From: a virus
Virus record (IMG/VR): IMGVR_UViG_3300030380_006811
Coordinates: 1 to 64,000 of that record
Length of the DNA stretch: 64,000 nt
Direction: 5' to 3' (one strand)
The translations under genes were made by a program, and so were the position numbers. Below the pieces are notes generated by a model that saw only the letters and a program-made list of their open reading frames with translations, made no database searches and was not told the DNA's origin. Positions 40,576 through 49,256 of the stretch are shown here, piece by piece; the first letter of the stretch is position 1; every line of letters begins with the position of its first letter.

Positions 40576-41643
40576 ATGAGAAAACTATTAATACTACTTT
40601 TAGTTATACCCTTTTTAGGTTTTAGCCAAGAATCTGAATCAAAATTTAAAAAGGAGTTAAAGAAAACACTTAAATTCTCTACTTTTTATGGTGCCATAAA
40701 TGGTGGAACATCTTTATCAGATCAAAATTCGTTTTCAGTTAACACAGGAACCTTAATATCAGATGTAATAGAAACCCCTTTCGACTATTCAGTTGCTTTA
40801 GGAATAAGAAAAATTGCAAGATTTGATTATGAAAATAGAGCTAATGTATTTTATAATGGTACAGAAGAATCTTTTTCGGATAATGCTACAATTGGTAAAA
40901 TAAAAGGATTTGAATTTTTATTTGAAGGTGATTATAGAAGAATTCAAGGTGAAACCTATTTAGATCAACACCACTTTATAAGATATGTTGCTGAAGATTG
41001 GGTTGCTAAAGTTGAATATCTTGTTGGTGGTTTTATTGATATTGAATATTTTCAAGCATCTCAAAGATATAGACATAACATAAATAAAGAATTTTCTATT
41101 AATATAGGAGCAGCTCAAAGATTATCTCAACCTTATGGGTATGATCCTTTAGCTGAATGGATGTTAGATAATGGCAACTTACATTATACTTGGTTAGCTA
41201 TTCAAGAAGGATATACAGTTGACTTTGATGGTCAAGGAGGACAGACATATTACAACCCAGGAGGAGATGTTGTTGCTACAAGCACAGCGGTTTGGGAAGA
41301 GGTTATTATTCCTCAAGTTTTAGTTAATTATGTAGAAAAGAAACAGGATGAAGCTCCGCTTAGATTTGAATATTCTTTGATTGCTGGGTTTGATTACTAC
41401 AAATATTCAAAGAATTTTTGGTTACATGCTTGGGGAAATATAATGCCCATTCATATAAACACCAATAATGAATTTTCTTTCCATAATTATAATGGAGGCC
41501 AATGGACTGATTACTCAGCAGGTTTAATTTTTGGTCATAAATTGACAAAATCACTTGGGTTATTTGCCGAAGGTACTTACAGTAAATATTGGAATAGAAA
41601 TTGGCATAAATTTTCAATGGGAATAAATTATATAATATTTTAA
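40576..41643 (+). CDS. Putative outer-membrane beta-barrel protein
   Basis: Signal peptide MRKLLILLLVIPFLGFSQ, aromatic alternating beta strands, C-terminal GINYIIF with terminal Phe. Confidence 0.6.
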   Translation: MRKLLILLLVIPFLGFSQESESKFKKELKKTLKFSTFYGAINGGTSLSDQNSFSVNTGTLISDVIETPFDYSVALGIRKIARFDYENRANVFYNGTEESFSDNATIGKIKGFEFLFEGDYRRIQGETYLDQHHFIRYVAEDWVAKVEYLVGGFIDIEYFQASQRYRHNINKEFSINIGAAQRLSQPYGYDPLAEWMLDNGNLHYTWLAIQEGYTVDFDGQGGQTYYNPGGDVVATSTAVWEEVIIPQVLVNYVEKKQDEAPLRFEYSLIAGFDYYKYSKNFWLHAWGNIMPIHINTNNEFSFHNYNGGQWTDYSAGLIFGHKLTKSLGLFAEGTYSKYWNRNWHKFSMGINYIIF

Positions 41644-41649
41644 TTAAAG

Positions 41650-41940
41650 ATGGCAAAGTCAAAAGAATTAAGCGAAAGTACGAGTTTTACAGTTAGTATT
41701 CAAACACTAATAGGTATTGCATTTGGTATTGCTACTGTGGTAGGTATGTGGTTCGCTCTACAAGCAGATATTGCAGAGGCTAAAGAACTACCCATTGCCC
41801 CGCCACCAGATGTTACAAGAATGGAATATGATATGAAAGATCAATTAATCCGTCAAACTATTATGTCAACTCAAGAAGATGTTCAGGAGTTAAAAGAAGA
41901 CATGAAACGTATTGAGGACAAGATTGATAAATTAAGATAA
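41650..41940 (+). CDS. Single-TM coiled-coil protein
   Basis: N-terminal hydrophobic helix and C-terminal heptads. Confidence 0.55.
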   Translation: MAKSKELSESTSFTVSIQTLIGIAFGIATVVGMWFALQADIAEAKELPIAPPPDVTRMEYDMKDQLIRQTIMSTQEDVQELKEDMKRIEDKIDKLR

Positions 41941-41946
41941 TTTATT

Positions 41947-42276
41947 ATGAAAAAATCTATACTAAGTGTTTTACTTTTTATAACCAGTTTACCTTTATTA
42001 GGGCAAATAGAAGTTAAATACTTTAACGCAGCTTGGAATGCAGCTAATGAAATAGAATGGGTAGATAAATTAACTGACTGTGAAATAAAAAAGTATGATA
42101 TAGGGGCTAATCCCGCAGACGCAGGAAAATTTAAAGTAGTAGTTGTACCAACTATATTAGTCTTCCAAGATGGAGAAGAAGTTGAAAGATATCAAGCAGA
42201 TATTAGTTTTAAAATGAGTGCAACTAGAGAAGAAGTACAGGACGAAATAGATGAACTTATAATGAGTGCATTTTAA
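41947..42276 (+). CDS. Exported thioredoxin-fold protein lacking CxxC
   Basis: Signal peptide; FNAAWN in place of F.A.WCxxC; VVPTILVFQDGEEVER. Confidence 0.65.
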   Translation: MKKSILSVLLFITSLPLLGQIEVKYFNAAWNAANEIEWVDKLTDCEIKKYDIGANPADAGKFKVVVVPTILVFQDGEEVERYQADISFKMSATREEVQDEIDELIMSAF

Positions 42277-42324
42277 TTCAATATTTATAATTGACGAATT
42301 AGTTATTAATTAAATTGTTATTTT

Positions 42325-42591
42325 ATGTTAAACAAATTAAAACAAAAATGGATGGCATTTAAAGATATTTTTAATGACAAAAATGATATCAACGAAAAAT
42401 CAGTAGTTGGTTTCGCAGCATTTGCAATTATGACTATTTTTGCAATAGTAGATTTAGTTACAGGATATGTAGGAAAAGATTTAGTAATTAATGAATTTAT
42501 TTACGATTCATTTTTATTTATTACTTTAGGTTGTTTTGGAATTGCTGAAATTGGACAAATTTTTGGTAAGAAAAACGACAAAGGAGAATGA
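42325..42591 (+). CDS. Holin-like two-TM protein
   Basis: Two TM helices, charged C-terminus, late motif upstream, near the endolysin candidate. Confidence 0.45.
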   Translation: MLNKLKQKWMAFKDIFNDKNDINEKSVVGFAAFAIMTIFAIVDLVTGYVGKDLVINEFIYDSFLFITLGCFGIAEIGQIFGKKNDKGE

Positions 42592-42950
42592 GGAAATTAT
42601 TTTTTATAATCCCACTACTACTATGTTTCTCTTTATCTAACGCACAATTATTAACCGAAAATGATAAACAAAAACACTTTGCTGTTGGTGCAGTTATTGG
42701 TAGTGTGGCATACGGAATAATATTAGAAGAAAGCCAAAATAAAAAAACAGCTTTTATAGCTAGTGTAGCTACTGCTTTTGCTGTTGGATATTTAAAAGAA
42801 ACCTACGACAAAAAAAATGGGTATGGGTTTGATAATAGAGATTTACTAGCAAGTACTTACGGAGGATTAACTATAGGTATTACTTTAGATATCTTTGCTA
42901 AAGAGGGTAAAAAAGGTAAAGGTATATTTAGGTTTAAAAAAAGAAAATAA
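42588..42950 (+). CDS. Membrane protein (YfiM/DUF2279-like)
   Basis: Signal-like N-terminus; DKQKHF...KETYD...DL motif. Confidence 0.55.
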   Translation: MRKLFFIIPLLLCFSLSNAQLLTENDKQKHFAVGAVIGSVAYGIILEESQNKKTAFIASVATAFAVGYLKETYDKKNGYGFDNRDLLASTYGGLTIGITLDIFAKEGKKGKGIFRFKKRK

Positions 42951-42953
42951 ATT

Positions 42954-43562
42954 ATGAGTTGTTATACTAGAAAACAAATTAAAGACACAGTAATCACTAA
43001 AGGATATAAATGGTTTGAAAGTGGTAATTATAATCTAAATATTGTAGGAGTAAGAAACTCAAGCACGCTAGGAGTAGTTACTAATAAATTTGATGACTGT
43101 CTAACAGTATCTTATAATTTAGATGGAGAAGAAAAGTTTTATTGTTTTGATGCTACTACTGACCCAGGTTCACATTGGGAAAAAAATATATTGAATAAAA
43201 ATGGAGTAGCAATTTTAAAACCTGGTCAATATAGGGGGTCACATAAAGTTGGACTTCATCAAGGTAAATATGAAGCATTAAGACAACAAAAACCAGTTAA
43301 AGTATATAGAGACAAAAACAAAGACGGTAAGTATGATCTACTAGAAGAAAATGTTTATGAAGGGATTTATGGAATTAATATTCATAGAGCAACAAAATGG
43401 GAAGGTAAAAAATCTACACAAATTGATAAATGGTCTGCAGGGTGTCAGGTAATAGCAGCTAATAACGATTTCAAATTATTTATGGAAATTGTAAATGAAG
43501 CTAAACATACTTGGGGTAATTCCTTTACATACACCCTAATCGAAAGTAAAGATATAGTATAA
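42954..43562 (+). CDS. Putative endolysin with an L,D-peptidase (YkuD-like) motif
   Basis: GINIHRA-x13-WSAGCQV His/Cys dyad; EF-hand-like DKNKDGKYD. Confidence 0.55.
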   Translation: MSCYTRKQIKDTVITKGYKWFESGNYNLNIVGVRNSSTLGVVTNKFDDCLTVSYNLDGEEKFYCFDATTDPGSHWEKNILNKNGVAILKPGQYRGSHKVGLHQGKYEALRQQKPVKVYRDKNKDGKYDLLEENVYEGIYGINIHRATKWEGKKSTQIDKWSAGCQVIAANNDFKLFMEIVNEAKHTWGNSFTYTLIESKDIV

Positions 43563-43565
43563 TTG

Positions 43566-43599
43566 TTTGGCTCTTAACTAATCTCTTACTATATTTATA
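43566..43599 (+). promoter_or_regulatory. Bacteroidota-type promoter overlapping the late motif
   Basis: TTTG(43566)-N20-TATATTTA(43590); also contains TATTTATA. Confidence 0.55.
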
Positions 43600-43602
43600 A
43601 TT

Positions 43603-44811
43603 ATGCTTAAGAATATTAAACAAGGAATGTTCCCATTCCTAATTGCATTTTCTGCCCTGTCAGTTTCAGCTTCGGCTGCTTTCTATTCAGTTAGTGGCCT
43701 TAGCAAACTTTTTGCGGGAGCAAGTTTAGAAGTTATTATAATGGCGGGTTCATTAGAGTTTGCTAAATTAGTTACAGCTTCACTTTTATACCAGTATTGG
43801 GATACAATTAATAAAACATTAAGAACTTATTTATCAATAGCTACAATTATATTAGTATTAATTACTAGTATGGGTATTTATGGTTTTTTAAGTGCTGCCT
43901 ATCAAGAAACTTACAATAAATTATCTATTGTTAAAAATGAAAAGGCATTTATCCAACAAAAAATAAACTTTTATCAAAATGATGTTACAAGATATGATGA
44001 AGAACTTAAAAGAATTTCTAATAATATTAGTACTCTTTCCAATGCTAGGTCTCAACAAATCCAGGTACGAGACACCTCGGTGGTTGGAGGCGTTAGAACC
44101 ACAATATCAACTTCCGAACTTAGATTGGCAGCAAGCCGTATCAAAACTGAAGAAGAAAATCGTAAAGGTGTTCAGTTTAAAAGAGAAATAGCAGCTGATA
44201 GCTTACAAAAATTTCAATTACAAGTATTAGAATTAGATAACAACACAGAAGTTGCAGGAGAATTAGGACCTCTTCAATACCTATCTGGGCTTACAGGTAC
44301 CCCTATGGATAAGATTATTAATATACTTTTATTAATTATTATTTTTGTATTTGATCCTTTAGCTATTTCTTTAGTTGTAGCAGCAAACTTTGCTTTTGAT
44401 AAAGCATATCCTAAAAGAAAAACCAGAAAAAACCTATATGGGGAAAATATTCCATTAAAAGAAATAAAAGTAAAAGATTCCGAAGAATTAAAAACACAAA
44501 AGGAATTTATGGAAAATTTAGATAATCTTGAAAAGAAAAAGGGGATGTTTCCTAAAAACTATAATGAAGAAGATGAAAAAAGAATGGACATTATAGGGCA
44601 AAACGGAAATGATGGTGAACATTATGATAAATTAGATGTAAATAAAGATGGAATTATTAGTAATGTAGACCAAGAAATAGCCAGAAGAAGAATTACTGAA
44701 ATAGAAAGAATTCAAAAAGAAAAACCATTAACTCAAGAATGGATGAAAAATTTAAAAAAAGAAAAATCCCAACTTGAAAATAAATTAGATGAGTTAACTA
44801 AAAGATACTAA
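43603..44811 (+). CDS. Multi-TM coiled-coil membrane protein common in large myophages
   Basis: AAFYSV.GL..LF.GA, LE.AKLV, ITSMGIYGFLS.A, ELGPL.YL, IIFVFDPLAI. Confidence 0.65.
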   Translation: MLKNIKQGMFPFLIAFSALSVSASAAFYSVSGLSKLFAGASLEVIIMAGSLEFAKLVTASLLYQYWDTINKTLRTYLSIATIILVLITSMGIYGFLSAAYQETYNKLSIVKNEKAFIQQKINFYQNDVTRYDEELKRISNNISTLSNARSQQIQVRDTSVVGGVRTTISTSELRLAASRIKTEEENRKGVQFKREIAADSLQKFQLQVLELDNNTEVAGELGPLQYLSGLTGTPMDKIINILLLIIIFVFDPLAISLVVAANFAFDKAYPKRKTRKNLYGENIPLKEIKVKDSEELKTQKEFMENLDNLEKKKGMFPKNYNEEDEKRMDIIGQNGNDGEHYDKLDVNKDGIISNVDQEIARRRITEIERIQKEKPLTQEWMKNLKKEKSQLENKLDELTKRY

Positions 44812-45002
44812 TGAAAAATTTTTTAAAATTTGCATTAATTTGGTATAGTCAACAAATGGCAATCCCTTTTTGGGTTGTAGGGCATATTCATTTATCAATC
44901 CACACTTATCATAATGTAATAGAAATTTTATCTTCTTTAAGTTTAAATTTAGTTGTAGCAGCTGGGTTTTTTATAGATTATCAAGAAAATGGAAAAAAAT
45001 AA
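44811..45002 (+). CDS. Small membrane protein
   Basis: 63 aa, hydrophobic, translationally coupled. Confidence 0.5.
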   Translation: MKNFLKFALIWYSQQMAIPFWVVGHIHLSIHTYHNVIEILSSLSLNLVVAAGFFIDYQENGKK

Positions 45003-45363
45003 AATAATACAAATAGCAAATAAAGTGTATCCTAATATTAGAGCATATTATGGTTTGGGTAAAAAAGAATACCCACCAATTGAAGTGCATAAAAATATTT
45101 TAGCTAGATTAAGTGGCGAACCAGATGCTCAAGGTGAACCCGCCGATGCTGAATATGATCGTGAAACAAATAAATTATTTATATATTCAGATTATAATAA
45201 TAGTGTTGAAGACGTAATACGAAGTATTATTCATGAGTATGTTCATTATTTACAATCTGGTTCTTGGATGAAAAGATACTACAGTATGGGCTACAAATAT
45301 GGTAATCACCCATATGAAATCTCAGCTAAAAAGGCTGAAGAAAATTGGAAAATGTTCGCGTAA
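44989..45363 (+). CDS. HExxH zinc metallopeptidase-like protein
   Basis: IIHEYVHYLQ...PYEI.A. Confidence 0.65.
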   Translation: MEKNKIIQIANKVYPNIRAYYGLGKKEYPPIEVHKNILARLSGEPDAQGEPADAEYDRETNKLFIYSDYNNSVEDVIRSIIHEYVHYLQSGSWMKRYYSMGYKYGNHPYEISAKKAEENWKMFA

Positions 45364-45366
45364 AAA

Positions 45367-45398
45367 TTTGGCTATCAGGGATAGGGTTCGTATATTTA
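45367..45398 (+). promoter_or_regulatory. Bacteroidota-type sigmaA promoter heading the deazaguanine/PolB operon
   Basis: TTTG(45367)-N20-TATATTTA(45391). Confidence 0.7.
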
Positions 45399-45416
45399 CG
45401 TGTTAAAATTTAGGTT

Positions 45417-45524
45417 ATGTTTAAAAAGTACAAAAAAGAGATCGATACAGTAGCAAGTTTTTTGTTTATTGCAGCAATATTTTATACATTATACTTCGCC
45501 CTTTGGGTGTTTTGTCCTTGTTAA
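45417..45524 (+). CDS. 35-aa membrane peptide (not in the ORF track)
   Basis: MFKKYKKEIDTVASFLFIAAIFYTLYFALWVFCPC*, first ORF after the promoter. Confidence 0.5.
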   Translation: MFKKYKKEIDTVASFLFIAAIFYTLYFALWVFCPC

Positions 45525-45525
45525 T

Positions 45526-46026
45526 ATGTTTAAAGTACATCTTAGTAAAAAAGCTATACAAAAAAGACTAGACGAGAACTACCAAAAACTAAATTATAAT
45601 CAGTTTAGGTGGTGGCGTTGGTATGAATCACGAAATAAATCATTACCATATAAGTCTAGTTTTAGGGATAAAATACTAAATGGTGATTATGATACTTCAC
45701 CCTATATGCTTCAGTCACAGTTGTGTGAGCATATGTTGAATGAATTATTAGAAGAATGTGATTCTGATTATCAAAAATATTTAGAAAAAGGTAAGTTATT
45801 AATAGCTCGAAGAAAAAGATTATTAGAGGATTATGAAAAGGATGAATTTAATAAACTAGAGGAAATTTATTCCCAATTTCAAAAAAATTTTGATATTACT
45901 AGAGAACAAGTAGAGGAAGAAGCTATAGAATGCCGTGATGGTCTAATAGATCTTTATTATATTATAGAAGAAAAATATAGAAAAAAACATTATGTCTCCA
46001 AAAGGGGGCGTCCAAGAAAAATATGA
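45526..46026 (+). CDS. Hypothetical protein with a C-terminal AT-hook-like KRGRPRK
   Basis: Start moved to the ATG at 45526; YNQFRWWR motif; ends KRGRPRKI. Confidence 0.55.
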   Translation: MFKVHLSKKAIQKRLDENYQKLNYNQFRWWRWYESRNKSLPYKSSFRDKILNGDYDTSPYMLQSQLCEHMLNELLEECDSDYQKYLEKGKLLIARRKRLLEDYEKDEFNKLEEIYSQFQKNFDITREQVEEEAIECRDGLIDLYYIIEEKYRKKHYVSKRGRPRKI

Positions 46027-46829
46027 AAGTAAGTCACGAAGTACCTAGTTGTTTATTAACCGCATCCCCTGAATTTAATGATTACGATTATTGTCTTCCC
46101 CATTTATTAGATCAAGATGAGGATTATTTACAATATTTTAGGAATGCTAAAGAAGCTGGTCGTTATATTATTATGGATAATTCGCTTCACGAATTAGGTA
46201 AAGCATACAACCATAAAAGATTATTACATTGGATTACAGAATTAGAACCAAATGAATTTATAGTACCAGATGTTTGGATGAAATGTTCCCAAACTGCGGC
46301 TCAAGCAAAATATTGGTTGCAGTACAAATACCCTAAAAACACTAAAATAACAGCCGTAATTCAGGGTGAAAATAAAAATCAAGCTTATTTATGTGCTAAT
46401 TTATTAGCTAATTTGGGTTATAGTAAATTATGTGTATCTTATGGTGCTACTTGGTATAATGATTTCTTCCCACACACTAACCCAGATATGGGAAAAGCAT
46501 TAGGTAGAGTACGATTTGTACAGGGATTACTAAATTTAAAACAATTAAAAGATATTAAGTTTCATTTACTAGGTTGTTCAATACCACAAGAATTTGGTTG
46601 GTATGATAATGATCCTAGAATTGAATCAATTGATACTTCAAATCCAATTATGGCTGCTTTAGAAGGTACTTTGTATTCTGAACATGGTTTAAATAGTAAA
46701 CCGAAAGCAAACATGAATGATCATTTTAATATGGATTGGGAAGATATCGAATATGAAAGTATTTTACACAACACAACATTATTTAGAGAAATTAATAATA
46801 TTAAAAAGAGAGATATATGGCCAAATTAA
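46023..46829 (+). CDS. TGT-fold deazaguanine transglycosylase-like protein (DpdA family candidate)
   Basis: IMDNS, IVPDV, AVIQG, FHLLGC, SIDTSNP motifs; upstream of queC/D/E/folE. Confidence 0.6.
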   Translation: MKVSHEVPSCLLTASPEFNDYDYCLPHLLDQDEDYLQYFRNAKEAGRYIIMDNSLHELGKAYNHKRLLHWITELEPNEFIVPDVWMKCSQTAAQAKYWLQYKYPKNTKITAVIQGENKNQAYLCANLLANLGYSKLCVSYGATWYNDFFPHTNPDMGKALGRVRFVQGLLNLKQLKDIKFHLLGCSIPQEFGWYDNDPRIESIDTSNPIMAALEGTLYSEHGLNSKPKANMNDHFNMDWEDIEYESILHNTTLFREINNIKKRDIWPN

Positions 46830-47017
46830 CAAGAAATGTAAATTATTGTAATTATAGATGGGAAGAATATGTGCTAACAGAAGAAGAATTAGCACAGTGG
46901 AAAACAGGTGATGAAGATCTTCAACAAGAAATCATAGATAATGCAGATTGGGACCTAGTAAGAGATAAACCAATTGATGATTATAGTGACGTAGAATTTG
47001 TAGACGACGAAGAATAA
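46817..47017 (+). CDS. Small acidic hypothetical protein
   Basis: 66-aa ORF, coupled. Confidence 0.5.
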   Translation: MAKLTRNVNYCNYRWEEYVLTEEELAQWKTGDEDLQQEIIDNADWDLVRDKPIDDYSDVEFVDDEE

Positions 47018-47181
47018 TGAAAATACCTTTAGATTTATATTATTGGACAGCAACAGTCAACCATGAAGTATGGTTAATTGATGCAGCTACAGAAAAAGAA
47101 GCTTACGAGAAAATAGAGCTTGAAGAACCTGGAGCTGATATAGAAAATTTAGTTAAAACAAACATAATAAAAGTCATATAA
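47017..47181 (+). CDS. 54-aa hypothetical protein (not in the ORF track)
   Basis: MKIPLDLYYWTATVNHEVWLIDAATEKEAYEKIELEEPGADIENLVKTNIIKVI*; TAATG coupling fills the gap exactly. Confidence 0.55.
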   Translation: MKIPLDLYYWTATVNHEVWLIDAATEKEAYEKIELEEPGADIENLVKTNIIKVI

Positions 47182-47182
47182 T

Positions 47183-47380
47183 ATGGTAGAAGCAGTAAAA
47201 CATGCATTAGGATTTTGTGGTGAACATTGGCACCCAAATCTTTGGACTCTTTTAATAGGAGGGTTTGGAATTGGTACTATTTATTCGTATATTAAATTAT
47301 ATTTTAAGTGTAAACTTAAACAAATAAAAACAGCGTTTGCCTATACGCTTAATAATACCTGGCAAAAATTTAAATTATAA
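47183..47380 (+). CDS. Small membrane protein (HALGFCGEHWHP motif)
   Basis: 65 aa with one TM. Confidence 0.5.
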   Translation: MVEAVKHALGFCGEHWHPNLWTLLIGGFGIGTIYSYIKLYFKCKLKQIKTAFAYTLNNTWQKFKL

Positions 47381-47384
47381 TAAC

Positions 47385-48179
47385 ATGGCAAAACATTGTG
47401 TAGTTTCGTTAAGTGGTGGAATGGATAGCAGCACCCTATTGTTAAGAGCTATCAACGAATATGATACTGTAACAGGTATCTCATTTGACTATGGTCAAAA
47501 ACACAGAGTAGAATTAGAAAGAGCTCAATCGTTAATTAATTATCTAGCAGATAATGGTCATAAAGTAAATTATAGACAAATTAAACTAGATGGATTAGTA
47601 GATTTATTAGATTCAGCATTAACTGAAGGAGGTAAAGATGTACCTGAAGGTCATTATGAGCAAGATAATATGAAGGAAACAGTTGTACCTAATAGAAATA
47701 AAATGTTTGCTTCTATAGTTCAAGCAGTAGCATTATCTGTAGCTAATAAAACAGGAGAGACTTGTGATATTGCCTTAGGTATTCATGCAGGTGATCATGC
47801 TGTTTATCCTGATTGTAGACAAGAATTTAGAGATGCAGATGATGCTGCTTTTAGAATTGGAAATTGGGATGCTGATAGAGTAGGTTATTTTACTCCATAT
47901 TTAGATACAGATAAATTTGGTATATTACAAAATGGAGAAATTTTATGTGCAAAACTAAAAATTGATTTTGATGATGTCTATTCTAGAACTAATACTAGTT
48001 ATAAGCCTTTTCCTAGTGGGAACAGTGATTATAAATCTGCTTCATCTGTTGAGAGGATTGAGGCGTTTATTGCTTTGGGTAGGAAAGATCCTGTGCAGTA
48101 TGAAGATGAAACTGGTCCTGTGGATTGGGAAATTGCAAAATCAAGTGTTGAAGAAGTTTTAGCTGAACACTCAGCTTAA
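47385..48179 (+). CDS. queC: 7-cyano-7-deazaguanine synthase
   Basis: SLSGGMDSST, FDYGQKH..EL, VVPNRN, YPDCR.EF; start moved to 47385. Confidence 0.95.
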   Translation: MAKHCVVSLSGGMDSSTLLLRAINEYDTVTGISFDYGQKHRVELERAQSLINYLADNGHKVNYRQIKLDGLVDLLDSALTEGGKDVPEGHYEQDNMKETVVPNRNKMFASIVQAVALSVANKTGETCDIALGIHAGDHAVYPDCRQEFRDADDAAFRIGNWDADRVGYFTPYLDTDKFGILQNGEILCAKLKIDFDDVYSRTNTSYKPFPSGNSDYKSASSVERIEAFIALGRKDPVQYEDETGPVDWEIAKSSVEEVLAEHSA

Positions 48180-48184
48180 AAATA

Positions 48185-48296
48185 TGCCCCGTGGAGCAGT
48201 AGGTAGCTCGCTTTGGCTTAACTCGGCGCAAAATAAATACGATCGTGAAAAGCAAAGAGGTCAAGGAGGTCGCAGGTTCGAGTCCTGTCGGGGTCA
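48185..48296 (+). tRNA. tRNA-like RNA (initiator-like scaffold) with a 46-nt anticodon loop; identity cannot be assigned
   Basis: Acceptor (T)GCCCCG/CGGGGT(C)A; D-arm GAGC-AGTAGGTA-GCTC; anticodon stem CTTTG/CAAGG; variable AGGTC; T-arm GCAGG-TTCGAGT-CCTGT. Confidence 0.7.
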
Positions 48297-48310
48297 GCAA
48301 AATTAAGTAT

Positions 48311-48508
48311 ATGGAAGATTTTAATAATATTGAAAAAGATAGAAAAAACTTAGAACACATGCCTGATCAGAGGTTACATCAGGTTATTAGTTTTATTAAA
48401 TCAGGAATTAGAATAGTTGGATATGGACTTTTACTATATAACGTGCCAATTGCAGTAGGAGTTCTTATATTAAGTGAAGCAATTGGTATAATTGAAGAAT
48501 TAGTATAA
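48311..48508 (+). CDS. Small membrane protein
   Basis: ISFIKSGIRI.G...SEAIGIIEELV; start at 48311, downstream of the tRNA-like element. Confidence 0.6.
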   Translation: MEDFNNIEKDRKNLEHMPDQRLHQVISFIKSGIRIVGYGLLLYNVPIAVGVLILSEAIGIIEELV

Positions 48509-48756
48509 TGAAGAAAATTTTATATTTTAGTGCTCCTTGGTGTGGTCCTTGTCAAATGCTAGGTCCAACTATGGATTCTGTAGCCAATGAAGTAAATTTT
48601 ACTAAAATTAACGTAGATGAAGACACAAATACCTCAGTTAAATATGGTATTCGTAATGTTCCTACTCTAGTTTTAGTAGATAAAAGTGGTAAAGAAATTA
48701 ATAGATTAATAGGAAATGTTTCCAAACAACAAGTAATAGATTTTTATAATGGGTAA
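48508..48756 (+). CDS. trxA: Thioredoxin
   Basis: FSAPWCGPC, IRNVPT. Confidence 0.92.
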   Translation: MKKILYFSAPWCGPCQMLGPTMDSVANEVNFTKINVDEDTNTSVKYGIRNVPTLVLVDKSGKEINRLIGNVSKQQVIDFYNG

Positions 48757-49213
48757 ATTTCAATCAAGTAAAGTATTTGACGGATTTAGTACAGTGTTTC
48801 GTCAATGGAAGGCAACAACAACACACTGTAGATTTGTTCATGGTTATGGAATTTCATTTAAAGTTTATTTTGAAGGAGAACTAGATGACAGAAATTGGGT
48901 TTGGGACTTTGGAGGAATGAAAAGAGCTAAAACTAAAATAGATGGTAAGTCTCCTAAAGAATGGATGGATTATATGTTTGATCATACTTTAGTGGTAGCA
49001 GAAGATGATCCTGAAGTAGAAGCATTCAAACAAATGGATACTGCGGGTGTAGCTCAAGTAAGAGTAATACCAGCTACTGGTGCGGAAAAATTTGCTGAAT
49101 ATATTTATACCAAATTAAATAGTTTTGTTAAAGCTGAAACCGATAACAGAGTAAGAGTAACGAGAGTGAAATTTATGGAGCACGGTAAAAACGCAGCAAG
49201 CTATAGTGAATAA
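48749..49213 (+). CDS. queD: 6-carboxytetrahydropterin synthase
   Basis: HCRFVHGY, WVWDFG, FDHT, E.FA. Confidence 0.85.
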   Translation: MGKFQSSKVFDGFSTVFRQWKATTTHCRFVHGYGISFKVYFEGELDDRNWVWDFGGMKRAKTKIDGKSPKEWMDYMFDHTLVVAEDDPEVEAFKQMDTAGVAQVRVIPATGAEKFAEYIYTKLNSFVKAETDNRVRVTRVKFMEHGKNAASYSE

Positions 49214-49256
49214 AAGTATAATAGTGAATGAAAAACCACTTTAAAAAATTAACAAT

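Noticed and set aside
48216-48240. tmRNA-like resume/tag sequence (TAACTC GGC GCA AAA TAA) in the tRNA insert
   Set aside because: The element has a full D arm, is far too short for tmRNA, and lacks a G3:U70 alanine identity pair; the resemblance is probably chance
48245-48310. N-terminal extension of the 48245-48508 ORF
   Set aside because: It overlaps the T arm of the tRNA-like element; the ATG at 48311 is the better start
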